Positions 63,716 to 64,000 of a DNA stretch of 64,000 bases are shown here, piece after piece. Every line of letters begins with the position of its first letter. Within the stretch, counting starts at the first letter, position 1. The position numbers and the translations under genes are program-made. The stretch comes from Isosphaeraceae bacterium (lineage in GTDB: Bacteria > Planctomycetota > Planctomycetia > Isosphaerales > Isosphaeraceae): contig CBDAVP010000014.1 of NCBI GenBank assembly GCA_965201075.1, forward strand, positions 186,001 to 250,000. The letters run 5' to 3'. The notes under the pieces are model-generated. The model was not told the DNA's origin, searched no databases, and saw only the letters and a program-made list of their open reading frames with translations.

Positions 63716-64000
63716 ATGGGCGAGACGCACCTGGGGCGGATGCAGTTCCGGATCATGCAAATCCTGTGGGACCGCGGGCGGGCCAATGCTCGGGAGATCA
63801 CCGAGGCCCTCAACCAGGCCGAGCCGGTCGCCCACAGCACGGTTCAAACGCTCTTGAGGCAGCTCGAAGCCAAGGGGGCGGTGGGCCACGAGGCCGAGGA
63901 TCGCACCTTCGTGTTCGCTCCTCGGCTGAAGGAAGACGGGGTCAAGCGGACCGCCGCTCTTGAGTTGCTCGACCGCGTCTTCGGCGGCGACGTGGGCAGC
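63716..64000 (+). CDS. BlaI/MecI/CopY-family repressor (3' end outside the window; absent from the ORF track)
   Basis: MGETHLGRMQFRIMQILWDRGRANAREITEAL...AHSTVQTLLRQLEAKGAV...LLDRVFGG. Confidence 0.9.
   Translation, partial: MGETHLGRMQFRIMQILWDRGRANAREITEALNQAEPVAHSTVQTLLRQLEAKGAVGHEAEDRTFVFAPRLKEDGVKRTAALELLDRVFGGDVGS

Overview
High-GC bacterial chromosome segment. It looks like a Planctomycete (Isosphaeraceae-like), inferred from DUF1559 prepilin-type genes, Planctomycete-type VWA and Pro-rich proteins and several Uma2 genes. The core genes are dnaN-dciA(DUF721)-gyrB preceded by a DnaA-box cluster (candidate oriC), dnaA displaced about 50 kb away, and glpX, guaB, phoU, nnrE and an ECF sigma/anti-sigma pair. 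Accessory content includes five toxin-antitoxin pairs plus two orphan halves, a three-gene restriction-modification locus, a SWIM-SNF2 helicase with a long Q/G/P low-complexity insert, and two low-GC islands. The best candidate for a new system is a stand-alone 700-aa UG/Abi-like reverse transcriptase (YIDD) at 36674-38776. It has a helical middle region and a C-terminal HEPN-like RxxxxxxH motif, is preceded by a structured ~300-nt non-coding leader, lies divergent from a mazEF-like pair, and the whole cassette is bracketed by imperfect inverted repeats. Several indels in the essential gyrB gene suggest sequencing errors, so single frameshifts elsewhere may not be real. All family calls come from motif recognition by eye; no database search was run.
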